Assembly: GCF_000150275.1 (NCBI RefSeq)
Contig: NW_002060949.1
Coordinates: 542,786 to 606,785 of the forward strand
DNA: 64,000 bases
Direction: 5' to 3'
From: Trichoplax adhaerens
Lineage: Eukaryota; Animalia; Placozoa
In this document: one piece after another, positions 26,201 to 43,529 of the stretch
Position numbering within the stretch: position 1 is the first letter of the stretch
Layout: the number at the start of each line of letters is the position of its first letter
The notes under the pieces: model-generated
The model's database searches: none
What the model saw: the letters and a program-made list of their open reading frames with translations, nothing else
What the model was told of the DNA's origin: nothing
Position numbers and translations under genes: made by a program

Positions 26201-29200
26201 CCACTTCTTGAATACAGTTACGTTCAATTACAAAATCGTCCTAATATGTAAAAATTTAATGGATAATTAAGAATTGATTTATGCATGCATGTCAATGCCA
26301 ATTGAAAAAGAGATGTAACATGTTAAAAATTCCGTTTACGTATCAACTATATTTTTGAAACTAATAATTTATTACCAAATCCTGTAATTCTAGATCCTGA
26401 TTTACAGAGTTGTTATCATCGCCAAAATATTTTAAACTTTGATCATTTCCTTGAGCTTCTTCACAGTTGATATCATCAGCAGTATCAACTTTGTCTAAAA
26501 TTCTGTTTCTATCTACTCGTAATTAGAAGTAGATGATTTTTAAAAGTTGTCTTAATTTATGTTGTAGCATTAGTAAAATATTTACCATTATCGAAGTCCG
26601 AAATTGGAGTTTCAATATTATCACTTTCAAGTTCGTGCGGAGAACTCGACTCGCCATCTAAAATTTCAGTTGCAGGATAGTCTTTTAGTCTAGATTCACT
26701 ACATACACGGATATTGACAACACAAGCTGATTGTTCAAGATCTTCACTGTTAGTTATATCGGTGATTAGACTCTTAACTTCGGATTTGCTATCGCTCTGA
26801 TTATCGAATATTTGATCATTGATTTCACTTTTAAGTTTATTGTCTCCAACATCTGTTTGGGGCTTCTCTGGTGGACTTTGTTCATTTGCCTTAATTAATT
26901 TAAACCCGTCCCGATTAACGTATTATTATAATTATTACAACGGCGATCTAAAATTTTAGCTATTATTCTATTGATTATTTTACGAACATCTTCGGACTCG
27001 GTCGAAACATCGCTACTTATTCCAGCTGCTTCCAGCAATTTTTCATAGACATCTTTTGAAGAGGTAGAATTTACTATATGATAACAGAGATAGTGTAAGC
27101 GTTTATAAAACTGTGTTGTATATGTTTATTCAACTAACAAGACAAAGTATGGATTTATACCGGCAGTAAACATTGATACTTAAATCAGAAGTTTTCGACG
27201 ATAAGCAAAACAAATTCCCGTAAGTAAAAAGTTAAATAAACACTAACTCCCACTGTAATCTTCAATGTCAATTTCTTCATCACTTTCTCGAGGATCAGAA
27301 ACAATTGTCGCTTTACGTTCAGCCTTCGGATTAGTTTCCTTAGTCTGATCAGATATTAATCACATGTATTTAAATTTTAGGTATTCATGATGACAGCAGT
27401 CGTAATCGACGAATTACAGGGCTATTACCTTCCGTTTAAGGTAATATTTGCAATAATTTTTAACTTGAGTAGCCGTTCTAGAGCCAACCATCTTAGCAAC
27501 TTTGGTCCAACATTTACCGTATCTTTTCTATGATGTAAATTTTAAATACTGATTGATACAATAAATGATAACTTAAACTAAACTAGTACAATCGATAGTT
27601 AAGTACTGTATATACTTACCAATCCTTCATCGAGCAATTTCCTTTCTTCTAAACTCCAGTGCTTTTTTACTGGCTGATTAGGACATCTAGAGATACATCT
27701 ATCTATTAATCGCTTCAAAAGTAACAGCTTTGACTAAATACTTAAACTTACAGTTTATTGTGTGAATTTAAAGTTTGTCTTCTGCCTGAAATCAAAAAGA
27801 TATTGTTTACATGCGAGAAATATCCTACTAAAATAACCTTCAGTCACTCTTCAAGACTTCTGTATTTTATTAGTAATTTCTTTAAAATTTAAACTAGCAC
27901 AGAATCTTAACTGATTTTAATATTATTTCTAAGCTAATACTTACCTTTCATTTTTTTAGAAAGAGTGTTTATGTCTCTTATTTTTATAGACTCGGAATTT
28001 TTCGATTGCCTTACTTTCTTTTTGTCTAAATATTTCCTAAAATTGTAAGGATAATATTAAAATTTTCACAAATGTAATGAGCGGTGTCATATACTTATTG
28101 TATTAAAAATAGCCTAACATAAAATTATAATATTTCTCCCAAAAGTAACTCATCAGTACCTTTCTTCCTTGATCATTTTATCAGCTAAATATTTACTTTC
28201 TGATGTTGTACCGGTTGTATTATCAATAATCCAAGCCTGTCATAAATAGATATGTAATGAACACTTAATATGGATAGAGTATGCGACATCATTTGCAAAT
28301 ATCTCCAAAGCAGGGTATAGTGCGTAATAACTCAAGACAGACAATATTTACGGGTAATAATTCTAAACTTTTGCTATCTTGCAGTATAATAACCACACAT
28401 ATTTTGACGTTTTATTCGCTTTATCAATGGCCTACTCAGTCTTACAAACGAAATTGCGCAATGCAGTACAGACATCACCGTGATAACGCACTGCCAGTGT
28501 ACGATGTTGTCACCGTGCAATTTCAATCATTAAAGTTGAAAGAATGAAAATACGATAATCAAAAATCAGCATAACATACAGAATGACTTACAGTGTAATC
28601 CCATGATGAAAATTCTGGAAATTCAGGTAGAGGATGATTGGTGTTATCTAACAGATAATTTCTGTCAACACTACATAAAAACAATATTCAATTATGTTAC
28701 CAATTATAAATATACTTCTCCCAGCATTATAGACAGTCAATTCCTGATATACAGAGATTCATAACTCGTATAAAAGATGCACTTTCAAGAGTATTAATTA
28801 ATGCCTGGTTGCATTGAATAGTAAGTCTTAAAATTTCTGGCTTATGGAGAGCAACTGATGCCTTTAATGACGACTACTATCACGGTAAATTCAAGGCATT
28901 AAATCGCTCTGTAACTTAAGTGCAATTATGCAAAGTAATACTCCGGTAAAGAGAATTAATTAATGGGATATTAACTGCCAGTTGCTACGTAGCGAAGATG
29001 AGAGCGTACCATACGCGCAAATTGTAGATGCCATTAGTATCATCTAGAATAGTTAGAAAATTTCGGAATAACTTGTTCGACAAGTGTGTACTTCACATAG
29101 AACAGCCCTGAGATGTACACAGCCTATTTGATATATAGATTCAAACTTTTCATACATGTAGGCACGTACGCATATTACTGAATTTTAAGGGAATTTCAAA

Positions 29201-29779
29201 ACTATATCATGTAATTATACGCGTATTATAAATATTAAATCATACTATTAAATCTATTCCTCTTTGCCCGAACAAGTTTACCCAACGCAACCTAAGTCGA
29301 ATACATACGATACCTCTGTATATGAATTTATGAACCCTTCGTGACTTTATTATACTTTGACTAATCTAAAGGTTAGGTCTGAATACAGAAAATTATTCTT
29401 ATTTACAGATTCATCAACATAGCGATAGATACATGATTTACAGTAGCGAGAGAGCCCGCGGAATCACTGCTTCACTATTTTGGACAAAGGATTACGCATA
29501 GAATCTATAGCTGCAATAAAGTCAGAAAGCCATATCTCTAACAATATTCTATTTTATCGGCAAAATAAGTAAATAAAGTATTGACTGTTTAACTTACTAC
29601 ACAATATCCATTAGGTCTGATTAATTATCCATTCAGCTATTTGACTTTATCATCCGATTTACAAAGACTTACACAGAGTTCTCTCCACTCGGATCCTCGA
29701 AATAATTTCGGATATCCAATGAACTACTGTCTAATTCTTCAATATCAACGAGTTCTTCATCAAATTCACTGGAATCCAT
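23284..29779 (-). CDS. MYSM1: Histone H2A deubiquitinase MYSM1 (SANT + SWIRM + JAMM/MPN+)
   Basis: Start [19 protein letters not shown]: [43 protein letters not shown]: [44 protein letters not shown]: [19 protein letters not shown]. Stop TAA at 23286-23284. Confidence 0.95.
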
Positions 29780-30394
29780 TGTGGCAGAAAGTAGAGATTA
29801 TACGTTGAAAAGTTTTACAAATAAATATTACTTGTAGCCAAAGGCTTTAAATCCCTTGTAATAAGTTGATCAATGCGTGTTTACAGTAGGAGCAAGTGCC
29901 TGTATACGAGGCTAATCAGCATGCCGTCGTTTGTGTAGAGTTACTGTAATGTCCACATAAAGCAGAGAATGTTGTGTATTACAGGAATTGAACTTGGATG
30001 TTACTCTATTCCAGCATAAAGGATAGAAGAGAATTCTTAATTTCTAGCTAAATTAGCATGAACAAGTTTATGAAATACTGGACGCAAAACTGTTGTTATC
30101 ATTTCCAAAATACCTGATCCATACAGCGTTCCCTTAATGCCTCCATCTTAAGTTGTTCGATGTTTTCAATCAAGGGCTAAACCAATTAATATTATACATT
30201 GTAAAAGCCTAAGAAGGATAAAAGGTCTAATTCTTCTTTGTCCACGAATAATCAATTTTTCAAGGCTTATAGCGTAGAATTTATAATTAATACACGTTAA
30301 AGATCCATATTTTGTTTTGCAAATTATTTAGTTAGTAAATCCTCTTTGACACTGCTTGCAAGACCGAGCGCAAATAGAGACAGACGGAGAATCC

Positions 30395-30980
30395 CATGTA
30401 CTGTACGTAACACTCATACTAGACGTGTCTCATACCAGGGCCTCCATGACAACTTTCTCTATTAACTCCTGGTCATACCCGATGATCGTTAACTGTTTCT
30501 ATTGGAGGTACAGTACTGTACAACTCAGTACAAGAGCATACTGTTACTGTACAGTACAGTACACGATATACAGTACTCACGGATTAAAAGTACTGTACAG
30601 TGTACAGTACAGTACCGTATTTTTGTACTACTGCATACCGTACAGTACAGTACTGTATGCCGTCTGATGTAAAAACTGCACTGAAACCTTTTCTGTACAG
30701 TGCACAGTAGTACAAATCAGGTACGGTACTTGTACTGTGCTACAGTACAAGTCTACAGTACCTTGCACACTCAATCTTAGGATTGACCAAATTCGGGTTG
30801 GACCATAACTGTACTGTATGGCACTGGCTGACAGCACCCGCCCGAAAATTCAAGTATCAAGCAGTTTCCTGGTACTATCAACATACTGTACAACAATAAT
30901 AAATGTACAGTTTGGTGGTAGTTTTCACAGTAATATAAAAGTTTTAAGCTGTGATAGGTACAGCATTACTGTACTGTATT
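30395..30980. promoter_or_regulatory. TACAGTA/TACTGTA island B; upstream of MYSM1
   Basis: Same word grammar as island A (GTACAGTACTGTAC, TACTGTACAGTACAGTAC). It starts about 0.6 kb upstream of the MYSM1 ATG and lies just past the IPO13 3' end. Confidence 0.78.
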
Positions 30981-31354
30981 TAAGGGAATTTATTTATCAA
31001 TCATTAATTAACTAATTATATTATAATAATAATTAGTATCAACAAAAGTTAGTGTATAGCATTCCATACGGTAGACGTTAAAAATTGTACAATTACAGTA
31101 TACGTACATTCTTTACAGGAGAAAAAATATTCACGTCTCATTACTCATGTATAATTAGATATTATCTTATCTGATAAAATGACTATGTAAATGTTATAAA
31201 AAATATAATGTACAAAGTACGTTAGTATCTTGATTAAAATTTTCTCGCGATCGCAAGCTAATGCTATTGTAGTTGAGTAATTTTAAACTTAGCTAAGTAC
31301 TATATCAATAGCCAATGTTCATCATGATTACGACAGCGCCTACACAATGAGAGC

Positions 31355-34300
31355 TTATCGTACTACTTTAGATTGAACGTCCTTTGCATAATTCGTTCCA
31401 TGCAATCCACGGCATTTCAGTGCAAATTCCTCTGCCTGCTCTTGTAGCCATCTTTTACGAGCTCTAGATCTAGATTAATTGTAAAAACCATGTTATCTAC
31501 ACTCACAGGCTTGATACTTAATCTGTATATGTGTTATAAAATAGCGTACAAATAACCTCAGAACAGCGTTTTGAAAAGCTTGTTTGTCAACATGACTTAG
31601 ACCCGCACATGGAAATATGTCTTCCATAAACAACTCCTAATTTTCATTGGTGTTACAGGGTTGGCATCAAAAAATTAATGCTAGAATAGTTATTATTTAT
31701 TTACTAAAGATCTTTTATACTTAACCTTAATCCATCTTGCAAGACATGTAATACAATTCTTATTTAATTCTATCAACACGTCGATTAGGGGTCTTAAAGA
31801 GACACGAGGTAACTCACCAGCAATACCCTAACAAGACACAATATATTTTCAAATTACAATTAATTTTCAAACCTTAGAAATAACATGTAAAAGAGATAAA
31901 AATTCTTTATACCAAAATTATCTTTGAAACTATCAATTTCCCATACAATTCTACTGATCTCCTAGCCTCCTCACTACTTGTAACTTTAGCAACAAATTCA
32001 ACCTATTCATTAATAAAAGTCAATCACAAGTCAAAATTATCAACTAATATTCATTAAAAGCAATCGACAAATTTACTCAGATTACCAAAAAACGTGAGTT
32101 ACTCTTGATTATATAGCTTTCCTTAAATACCATCGATGCTAAACCTAAAGTTTGAAGATTGAGTTTAGATAAGTACCACAAAGATAATAGATCTAGCAGG
32201 AAATTCGCAAATATGCTACCGCTGACGGTGGAATTGTAAATTGAGCATAAATAATATAATCTGACAGCTTACCGAAAGGGAGTAACTTGTCGTATACACT
32301 AGCATTAGAAAAAACTATTCTGCTACTAGACTTGACGGCCTTCAAGCCATGGACAAGCAACATATTAAAAATTTTAATTAAAAAGTTTTTGTCAATGATA
32401 ACAATGGAGTATAATTTACAGACACTGTCGCGCTCAACAAAAGTAAAAACCCTTAATTTACTGCATTCATGTTACTTCACATACAAATACCTTTTCATTG
32501 AATATGAGAAAAGCATTTACAAGATCAGGGGCACTATTCGATCCTAATAAAGTTTCAAAAAAATACCAACAACGTCAAATACAATTCATAAATTCTGCAA
32601 ACTCTTTCATGAAGTGATATTGAGACCTGTTTCTAGCAGTTGTAGCGTCCCCAAAGTTAATGTATAATATAAATGAGCTACGGTCTGTAGGGTACTCTCG
32701 TCGTCACCAAATAGCATCATTATCTAGACGAAGAAATATACAGTATCAGTAATTGCGACTTATACATAACTTTTATTGATAACTTGATGATTTTCATAAT
32801 TAAATTTATATTTAGTAAAGATATTACACAAACAGCAAAGGTGCAATAAGAAGAATTAATTATTTTAATTTTAAGAGCTAAGTTCATCACCTGCTTCGCG
32901 CAATTTAAAAAGCATGGACGAGGACCAGTCTTGTACCACTGGAGTAAAAAATCAACTAACGCTGGTAGTAAGTTTGCTGCTGCCGTGTGGAGATTGCCGA
33001 TCATTCTAATCATACATTCCATCACCGCCTATTGTTTAGGATACTGTAGAAGTTAGTTTGAAGCTAGGACAGAGTAATTGATACAAAGCAACTTGTACGA
33101 TGTAACATATGCTTACTTCAGTAACTTGTTCGTCATGAATCCATTTCAATAAAATTTCGTTAAATGTTCTTAATGCTATTTCACTCGATGAGAGGAGCTA
33201 AATCATAAGTGATGAAATCGTTAGCAAAGTTGCAGCATAAGCAGTAAGACATATTGCTTTCATCTACTGGCTTACAGGGCTAGGCTGAATTTCGCTAGGG
33301 AGGTTAGCAGTCAAAAAAAACGCTTTCAAACATTTCAATTGTAATATAATTTCATATCTTGACGATGGAGTTTCCTTTAGAATAAAATACAGTTTAACTT
33401 GCATGACGACTATCAAACTAATAATTAGAATAATAGCTAAATTAAACACCCAACTTACTGGCTTTTGTATGATATTAATAACTCCTTCAATTAATTGTCG
33501 GGATAAATGACTACTTGCATTTTCCATACTATTTTTATCCATAACAGGAATTATGGAACCCATGCTTTCTACTAATGGAATGCGTTGATTTGGCTATCGA
33601 TATTTAAGATTAACGGAATTGAAAAGAGTCCCATTTAATATAAAATTTACTAGTAAACAGTGGGTTTAGAGTAATTACCATCAGGTATGATCCGGAAAGA
33701 ACTTCCTGACAGGCATTAAAAATTTCTGTAGCTGACGTTTTTAATTCTTCTCCGCAATCTACACAAATATCTCTCAACGCAATGGCAGCAGCATAAACTA
33801 ACTTAGGCTCTTTGAGGCTCCATAATATGCGTGGCATGATTGCCATGAGGATCTCATGATCGTACTTTAAGTAATCACAATAAGAACCTACAATGGGCAA
33901 GATAGTAGTATATATCTACATAAAAGGCACTACAAAAGCGGAATTATAGCCAAGGTTTTGGAATTATTAGCACTATTTACCAATTACTTTCAGCGCCATT
34001 ACACCAACTTTCTCATGAGAAGGCAATTGTGGAAGTATTCGAAAGAAGTTACGAATGTACTTGGAATCGCTCGAGCTAACAGAATCGGAGATTGCTCGTA
34101 CAAGATATAAATAAACCTCAAAAGTCTATCAAAAAAGGATAACATTAACAATGAATTATTTACGTCGTATCATTACTATAGATTTTCATCATTAATAGTA
34201 ACGCACAATACCTGCCAATCAGACGATTGGATATTTGAGGTCAAATTTGAGAGATCTTCGCAATAGTATTTTAAACATTCCGATTGCAAAAATCGATTTG

Positions 34301-37300
34301 TAAGCATCTAATATTGCAAGTAAAAAAGCCATGCATAAGGAATGATGATATTTGCGTAATCCTCGATATGGCATAGTAAGAGAAAACGTACAATTGTTTC
34401 ACCGACATCATGACGATAAATTTCAAATTGTTCTCTATCATCTATAGTTAAGAAATATTTTGATTGCAAAAGGATCAGTTATCAAATTTTTTATGATTTC
34501 TACTTTACGAATAAAAACATAGCAATTCTGATCACCTGCACTCCACGTTTGTAGTATCTCATTTGATGGATATTTAATTTTTAAAGTAAGAGCCTATCAA
34601 TACTGCTATATTAGTAAAAATTATTGGAATAGCAGATATTAAAATAAAGTCATACCTTCATTAAAGAAATATACATCGGCTTATAATCTTCGTAGCATGC
34701 AGCTAATTGCTTACGAGATAATTCGGTATTAGCAGTTTCTAGGCATTCTATCTCAGTCTGCAACAGTGATAAATAATAAATAAGAAAAAATAGCCAGAAT
34801 TATATTTCCTATGCAAAATGCTTACCTGCAATGAGTACCAAAATTCAAAAGTCAATCTGCTACAAGTTTCATCCATAGGATAGTAGCCATTTGTAGAGGC
34901 GAAATTCTAATTAAATGCAAGTATAACATTATCGGGTAATACTATACATGTAAAACAGTTGCGTAAAATACTTAGATATACATCTAATTTGCTACAAATT
35001 GCCCATCAGGACATATTTAGTACCAGTATCATTGAAGCCAACTCATTAGCTAGTTTCCTATGATCATGATTTTCAAATTTGACGAAATATTTGCTATGGC
35101 ATTCAGATGATGATACTACTAAATTGCAGATATCACCGCATTCATCCTGAAACAAAAAATCATAAACAATTAACCTATTGCCCTATAGCTATTTATGACA
35201 AGTTTATACATAATTGAAAGGTAGTAACATACAATAGATTCGTTACGTATCGTTTCTTCTATCAATGGTGTTAATTTCGTCAATAGCTTCAAAAATCGAT
35301 AAAGAGACGAAGGATATCTAATATGATACACAGTATAAAGGCATCAAAACAGCTTCAAGGAATCATCATTTATACGCTTATATCTTACCGCGTTGATTCT
35401 CCGGAAGTTCCAATTTCCATTAAAGCACTAATAGCTGATTCAAACAGTTCCTCATCACGTAATAGATCAAATAAAGTAGGTATAAGACCGTCTAATAAAT
35501 TAATGGTAAGGCCAAAAGAGGTCCAACTAGCCAGACATTTTAATGCCTATCGAATTCGAATAAATGATATCCAAGGAATAACGAATTAAGGTAATTGCCA
35601 TCGAAGTGTAATAATTAACTATTTATCAATGAATCGCCATTAATTTACTTGTATTTTCAGTTGATTAGGCTTATTAGTTTCAAGCGAAGATTGAATTATT
35701 GATACGACTATAAACCCAAAATAATTTTATCAAATCTATATTAAGATACATGTAAAATGTATGATAGTGTGAAAGTTTTTTTAAATTTTTGACTCACCAT
35801 CAGCATAATTTGATTCTAATACGTGCCGGACACTCGCTCGATCAATATTGACTAATCCAGATTTATCGAACTACAGTCGGTTGTGAAAGGTATCAAACTT
35901 AAATAATTTACATTTTCAATTCCTTACTTCATCACTTCCAAGCGTATCAAAAAGACTGAATAGACGTTATACAGCATCTACAGTATATACTCAGTATATT
36001 ACATCCGTACATAAATCAGTGTAAGTATTAAATAATTGTGAATATTATCTAATAGATTATGCTGTCCATCGTACCATACTAGTAATTTCGGAAATAATCT
36101 CGATGAATACCGCTTGAAAGTTGATTTGCTAAAAAATGAATCATTAGCAGAATTCCTTATGTTATCTGCTTAATAGTAGCGATTACAGCATAAATAAATG
36201 CATCATAATAATACTGGTAGCTAATCCAATTACGCTCTAATACCCTATTAGAGTCAGTTAGTGCAGTACCTGAGACGAAAATAGAATTAGATCATTAATA
36301 GGCTGTGCCCAGTGATTCGGTGTAATTCTTAGAGTGAGAATTGCTAACTATAATTATATTAATTTGTTCGTATATCAGCAGCGATCACATAAGTTAATTA
36401 GTAACATTCATAAATAACATAGCAGCTAAAAAATGCAAAGATTTATAACTACTATAGCGAACCGCGCTACATAATTGACACCGGACAAACGGAGGACCAA
36501 TTGCAAAACGAATTATAAATTGAATAATTTGATCACGTAGTGGTATGTATTGATCAGCAGGTAGTTCAGACCTATACCAAGTAACAGCCATCATACGTTG
36601 AGAAAATTGAACGTTATAGCTAGATTAAGTCATATACAGTATTTGCATCAGCTACTGCATTACTTTTGAATGGAAACTGTATGTCAGTTTACAAGCTGCT
36701 GGATTGCAGCTAATTAATCGATATTAAACTATAAACTATACATCGTATAGCAACCAGCTTGTACAGCAAATAGATTTGGTACATGTATTGCAATAAGCAG
36801 AATGTATTTGCGATGGATTTGTAAAAATTGGTAGCTTCACAAAAACTATCAACTAGTTCTCCTAAGACGAATAATTTATTTCTGATTAAAGTGATCTCAA
36901 CATGGTGCAATAGCATATTATAAACCCTGCAATGAACTCTTTCTTACCAACATGTGGAAATTTTAGTTTTGATCGTACACGCTCCGAAAAATTGGATTGG
37001 TGGAGCCTATGAACGAGTGAGAATGATAAAAAATGATAGCATACTGTAAGATCGATGAGTATACGTATATCCACTCACATCTGTGTACTTGAGGGAGAAT
37101 AAGATTACCAGTTAGAAAGATACGCGTAATCAAATAGGATACAGAAATACAGTAAACGTATTCAATTAGTGTAATTATCTCTGAGCAGTGATTGACCTCA
37201 GCTCCATTCTAAGATCGCTTTGTGAGCCTAATATTAACTCAAGTGCTAACCGAAATTACATCCTCAGCAACGGTATTTACCAATGTATCATTAGACTCAT

Positions 37301-38004
37301 TAGCACAAATACTGTGCACATATATTAGTGAAAATGATGTAGGCTCGTAGATTACAGCAATAATAACCGAAAATAACTACAATTAGTCAATTTTAATTAT
37401 GGCAGATTATCAATCTATAATATGGCCGACCATCTTTTTCTCAGAGGCAAATGTTTTGCAAAAATTTAGCTATCTCAATAATTATTGTATGCATTACTGC
37501 ATAACATGATACTCTGTATAAATTGCTATCATCACCACTTCATGTTTACAGTACAGGATCTGCAATGCAGTAGTCTACATATCGTAGAATTAGTAGACTG
37601 AGCAATTGCACAGTCACAGTGTGCTTCTTGTACTGTTTGAAGAATATAGAAAGCGTCTAATTAATACTATTGCAACAGTGATCCAATAATTAAAACATAA
37701 TTATTCCAATGTCCACCTTATCTTCTGCCATCAGAGGCCAACAAAATTGCCATGCATCAAGAGAAGTTTGCATGCCAGTTAGCCACTCTTGGAGTTGGTG
37801 GATCGTTTGCGGGTCATTGACGCTATATAGTTGTTGTAGTGCCTAAATGTAGTAGAGAAAAAGCAAATTGAACTCTCTGTCTTCTCTCTCTCTACTCCTA
37901 TCTACAGTTTGAGCTATAATCAATCTATACTTTTCACTATCTACTGTGTACGTTTATTAAACGTAAAGTACCTCCTCAATTTTGCTTGTGTTTGCCATTT
38001 CCAT
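31355..38004 (-). CDS. IPO13: Importin-13 (karyopherin-beta family), multi-exon
   Basis: MEMANTSKIEE-ALQQLY..LQEWL..AWQFCWPLMAEDK-APPIQFFGACTIKTKIS..WSELPADQY..QIIQFIIRFA. Also GYYPMDETCSRLTFEFWYSLQ and a C-terminal EFALKCRGLHGTNY matching IPO13 EFTLLCRGLHGTDY. Stop at 31357-31355. Confidence 0.93.
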
Positions 38005-38084
38005 TCAATTTCTTAGCAGAATGCCTGGATAACACCAGTAGAGTTAAGCTCTAATCGAGCTAGTATAAACAGTTGACGATGTAC

Positions 38085-38395
38085 CTACAGTACACAAGGT
38101 CTGCAAAACACAGTAGAATGTTTTTACTATAAAAAGACTGGAACTAAAGTAGTGCCTAAGATACTTGAGTGTAATACTAACAAAGCTCTACAGTACAGTA
38201 ACTATTCTCTACTGAACAGTGTCCGGCGCAAAAATTGCACATACGGATTTCGAATTTGATGACGTAACGGCGGCCTTCAGCCATAAACCTTGGACAGGAA
38301 GGATGGACGACTGTACTATACTGTACTCATGGTTTACAGTACTGTACTGTACAGTACGTATCGTGGACTGTGAGTACTGTACACTGTACAGTTTC
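38085..38395. promoter_or_regulatory. TACAGTA/TACTGTA island C; divergent promoter of IPO13 and ARMH1
   Basis: TACAGTACTGTACTGTACAGTAC (about 38335-38357), GTACTGTACACTGTACAG and CTACAGTACAGTA lie between the two start codons. Confidence 0.75.
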
Positions 38396-38417
38396 AAGAT
38401 ATTAATAAGAGCACTTC

Positions 38418-38431
38418 GTTACTATGGCAAT
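38418..38431 (-). promoter_or_regulatory. RFX X-box upstream of ARMH1
   Basis: GTTACTATGGCAAT; the reverse strand ATTGCC-AT-AGTAAC fits RYYNYY-AT-RRNRAC. Confidence 0.6.
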
Positions 38432-38856
38432 ATGCCATGATCAATGTTTTTAACTGTAACTTCAACTCAAAATATTCCATCAATCTTGGAATAAATCTAT
38501 CCATCATCTGGCCTATCAGACAGTGCTTATATCAGTAAATTAGTAAATTTATAAACCACAATAGTAGCCTACGATCTTGCACTTTCAACAAACAAATCTC
38601 TTCTATCGTTATATTGGACTAGAACTACAGTCATTGGCAATATTATTCAACTTAGACAGGTATTTCGCTGTAGAGCTCGCACTAGATTAAATGCGGTAGT
38701 AATATCCTACTTACTACTAATCAAACGTACACGAATTACTATATTAGAGATAATAACTTTTATGCTACAGTTTAACGTTCATTAAAATAAAATTAATTAT
38801 TATACGAATATTTATAAATGCGTAATATCCATACTGTAGTATTACACCAGAGAAAC

Positions 38857-41909
<3,053 letters not shown>

Positions 41910-43529
41910 ATGGCCTTTCAATCAAACTCAGTTATACCCTGTCATGTTATTAAATACATGTTAGCTTTTTTGTAAATATTTTTACTATCTTGATCTACTG
42001 CTCTAAAACTGGTAATATATTACTTATGATAGTACAGTTATATAATAAAATCGTCATTCAATCTAGAAACAGTCGCTTATTTTAAGTAACTAGCAAGTGA
42101 CATGTAAACACTTGCATTAGATGGTCTATATCTATTTATGGTAGGAATGCTAGCAGAGTTTATTTCACTATCATCTGCTAGCTACGTTTGTTCGTATTGA
42201 GACTTAGTCGAAATGTACACGTTTAGTAACTTATTATTTGTTATTTCATGAAGCCAAAGTATTTAAGAAATGTTTTTGAATAGCAGGAGGTTGTAGATTA
42301 ATAAGAAAGGCTTATTACGTCTCGCTGTAAACTTACGATAATTAGTTTGACTATAATATCCGATAATATATGGCATTGTTTGAATTTTTACGGAAGTTTT
42401 TTATTGTACAGTAGCATTAAACACAGTATAAACGTAAGATTTTCATATATCCTTATTTTTACTTGCCCCTCTAGCATAATAATCCGTAATTGATAGGACA
42501 TTATTTGCAAGTACTCATAAATATTTGGAGTAGGATATTTTAAATATTTTGCATTCTCGGAAAGGCAACGCTACCATTTTGTTATAGCGGAGATGCATAA
42601 AAATTAATTAAATCTTTATATTCGTAGTACTCCTATTTGGTTGAAGTCAAATCCATGATTCTAGATGCTGCACAGTACGCTAATTTATCGTTCTGTTTGT
42701 TAAAATTAATCGAACTGTATTTTGTACTTTATTATATTCAGGCATATGCTCATTTTCGGCATTAAACGTGAATACTAACCTAAATTGTTAATACTTAAAA
42801 TGATCTATGGCGTTAGTCAAGAACTTCTAGAAGTCCCGTATTGACCTGGATACTATTATGAACGATATCGTAATGAATCGCAGTACACAAAAGCAGAATC
42901 GATTGCGATAATTCTTTATTAGATTTTGTCTCGATATATGAGCGCAAAAAGCGCGGTAAATAAGATTAAAAAGTATAGCATGTCGTGATTATTATCTCAA
43001 ATGGTCAATACCATCAACAAAGCTGATTATCAATTGATATGTGTTCATATAAATTTCTATAATTGATTAAACGAAGGATTTATGTACAGTAGCAATTTAG
43101 CATTATTGACTACCTTTGATACGTACAATATGAGTACAGCAATATAAGTATTACGAATTGCAATGGTCTATAAAGTAAGACCAAGTTGTCTTTATATCGA
43201 CATATATACATATATATATATGTATGCACGTTGTAAATAGAAAAAATTGGAAATTATTGTTAAAATTTTATAACATGCTGAAGATTACATCGTTATTGAT
43301 TTAAAGATTCTAATAAATAGCAAAAATCAAAGTGATTGTCATTTATAATATTTCAGACGTCTATAATTTCATCAGTGCATTTTATACTGTCTTTCATTGA
43401 TACATTACAACAATCATTTAGAGCAAGATCATGAAACGTTAAGTTATCAAACGTATTCTTATAATTATGGAAGTAAGACAAAATATGACTATGAAATCGT
43501 GTCATTAGCTACTAAGAGAATTAATTTCG

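Noticed and set aside
35311-35318. ATATCCTT on the minus strand (also at 5279-5286) as an AT-AC U12 donor
   Set aside because: Both are coding: the exon start R-YPSSL in IPO13 and QISLDL in the last NIPBL exon.
43201-43226. (TA)n microsatellites here and near 14290 and 44330, and a (CT)n tract near 37880
   Set aside because: Ordinary short microsatellites.
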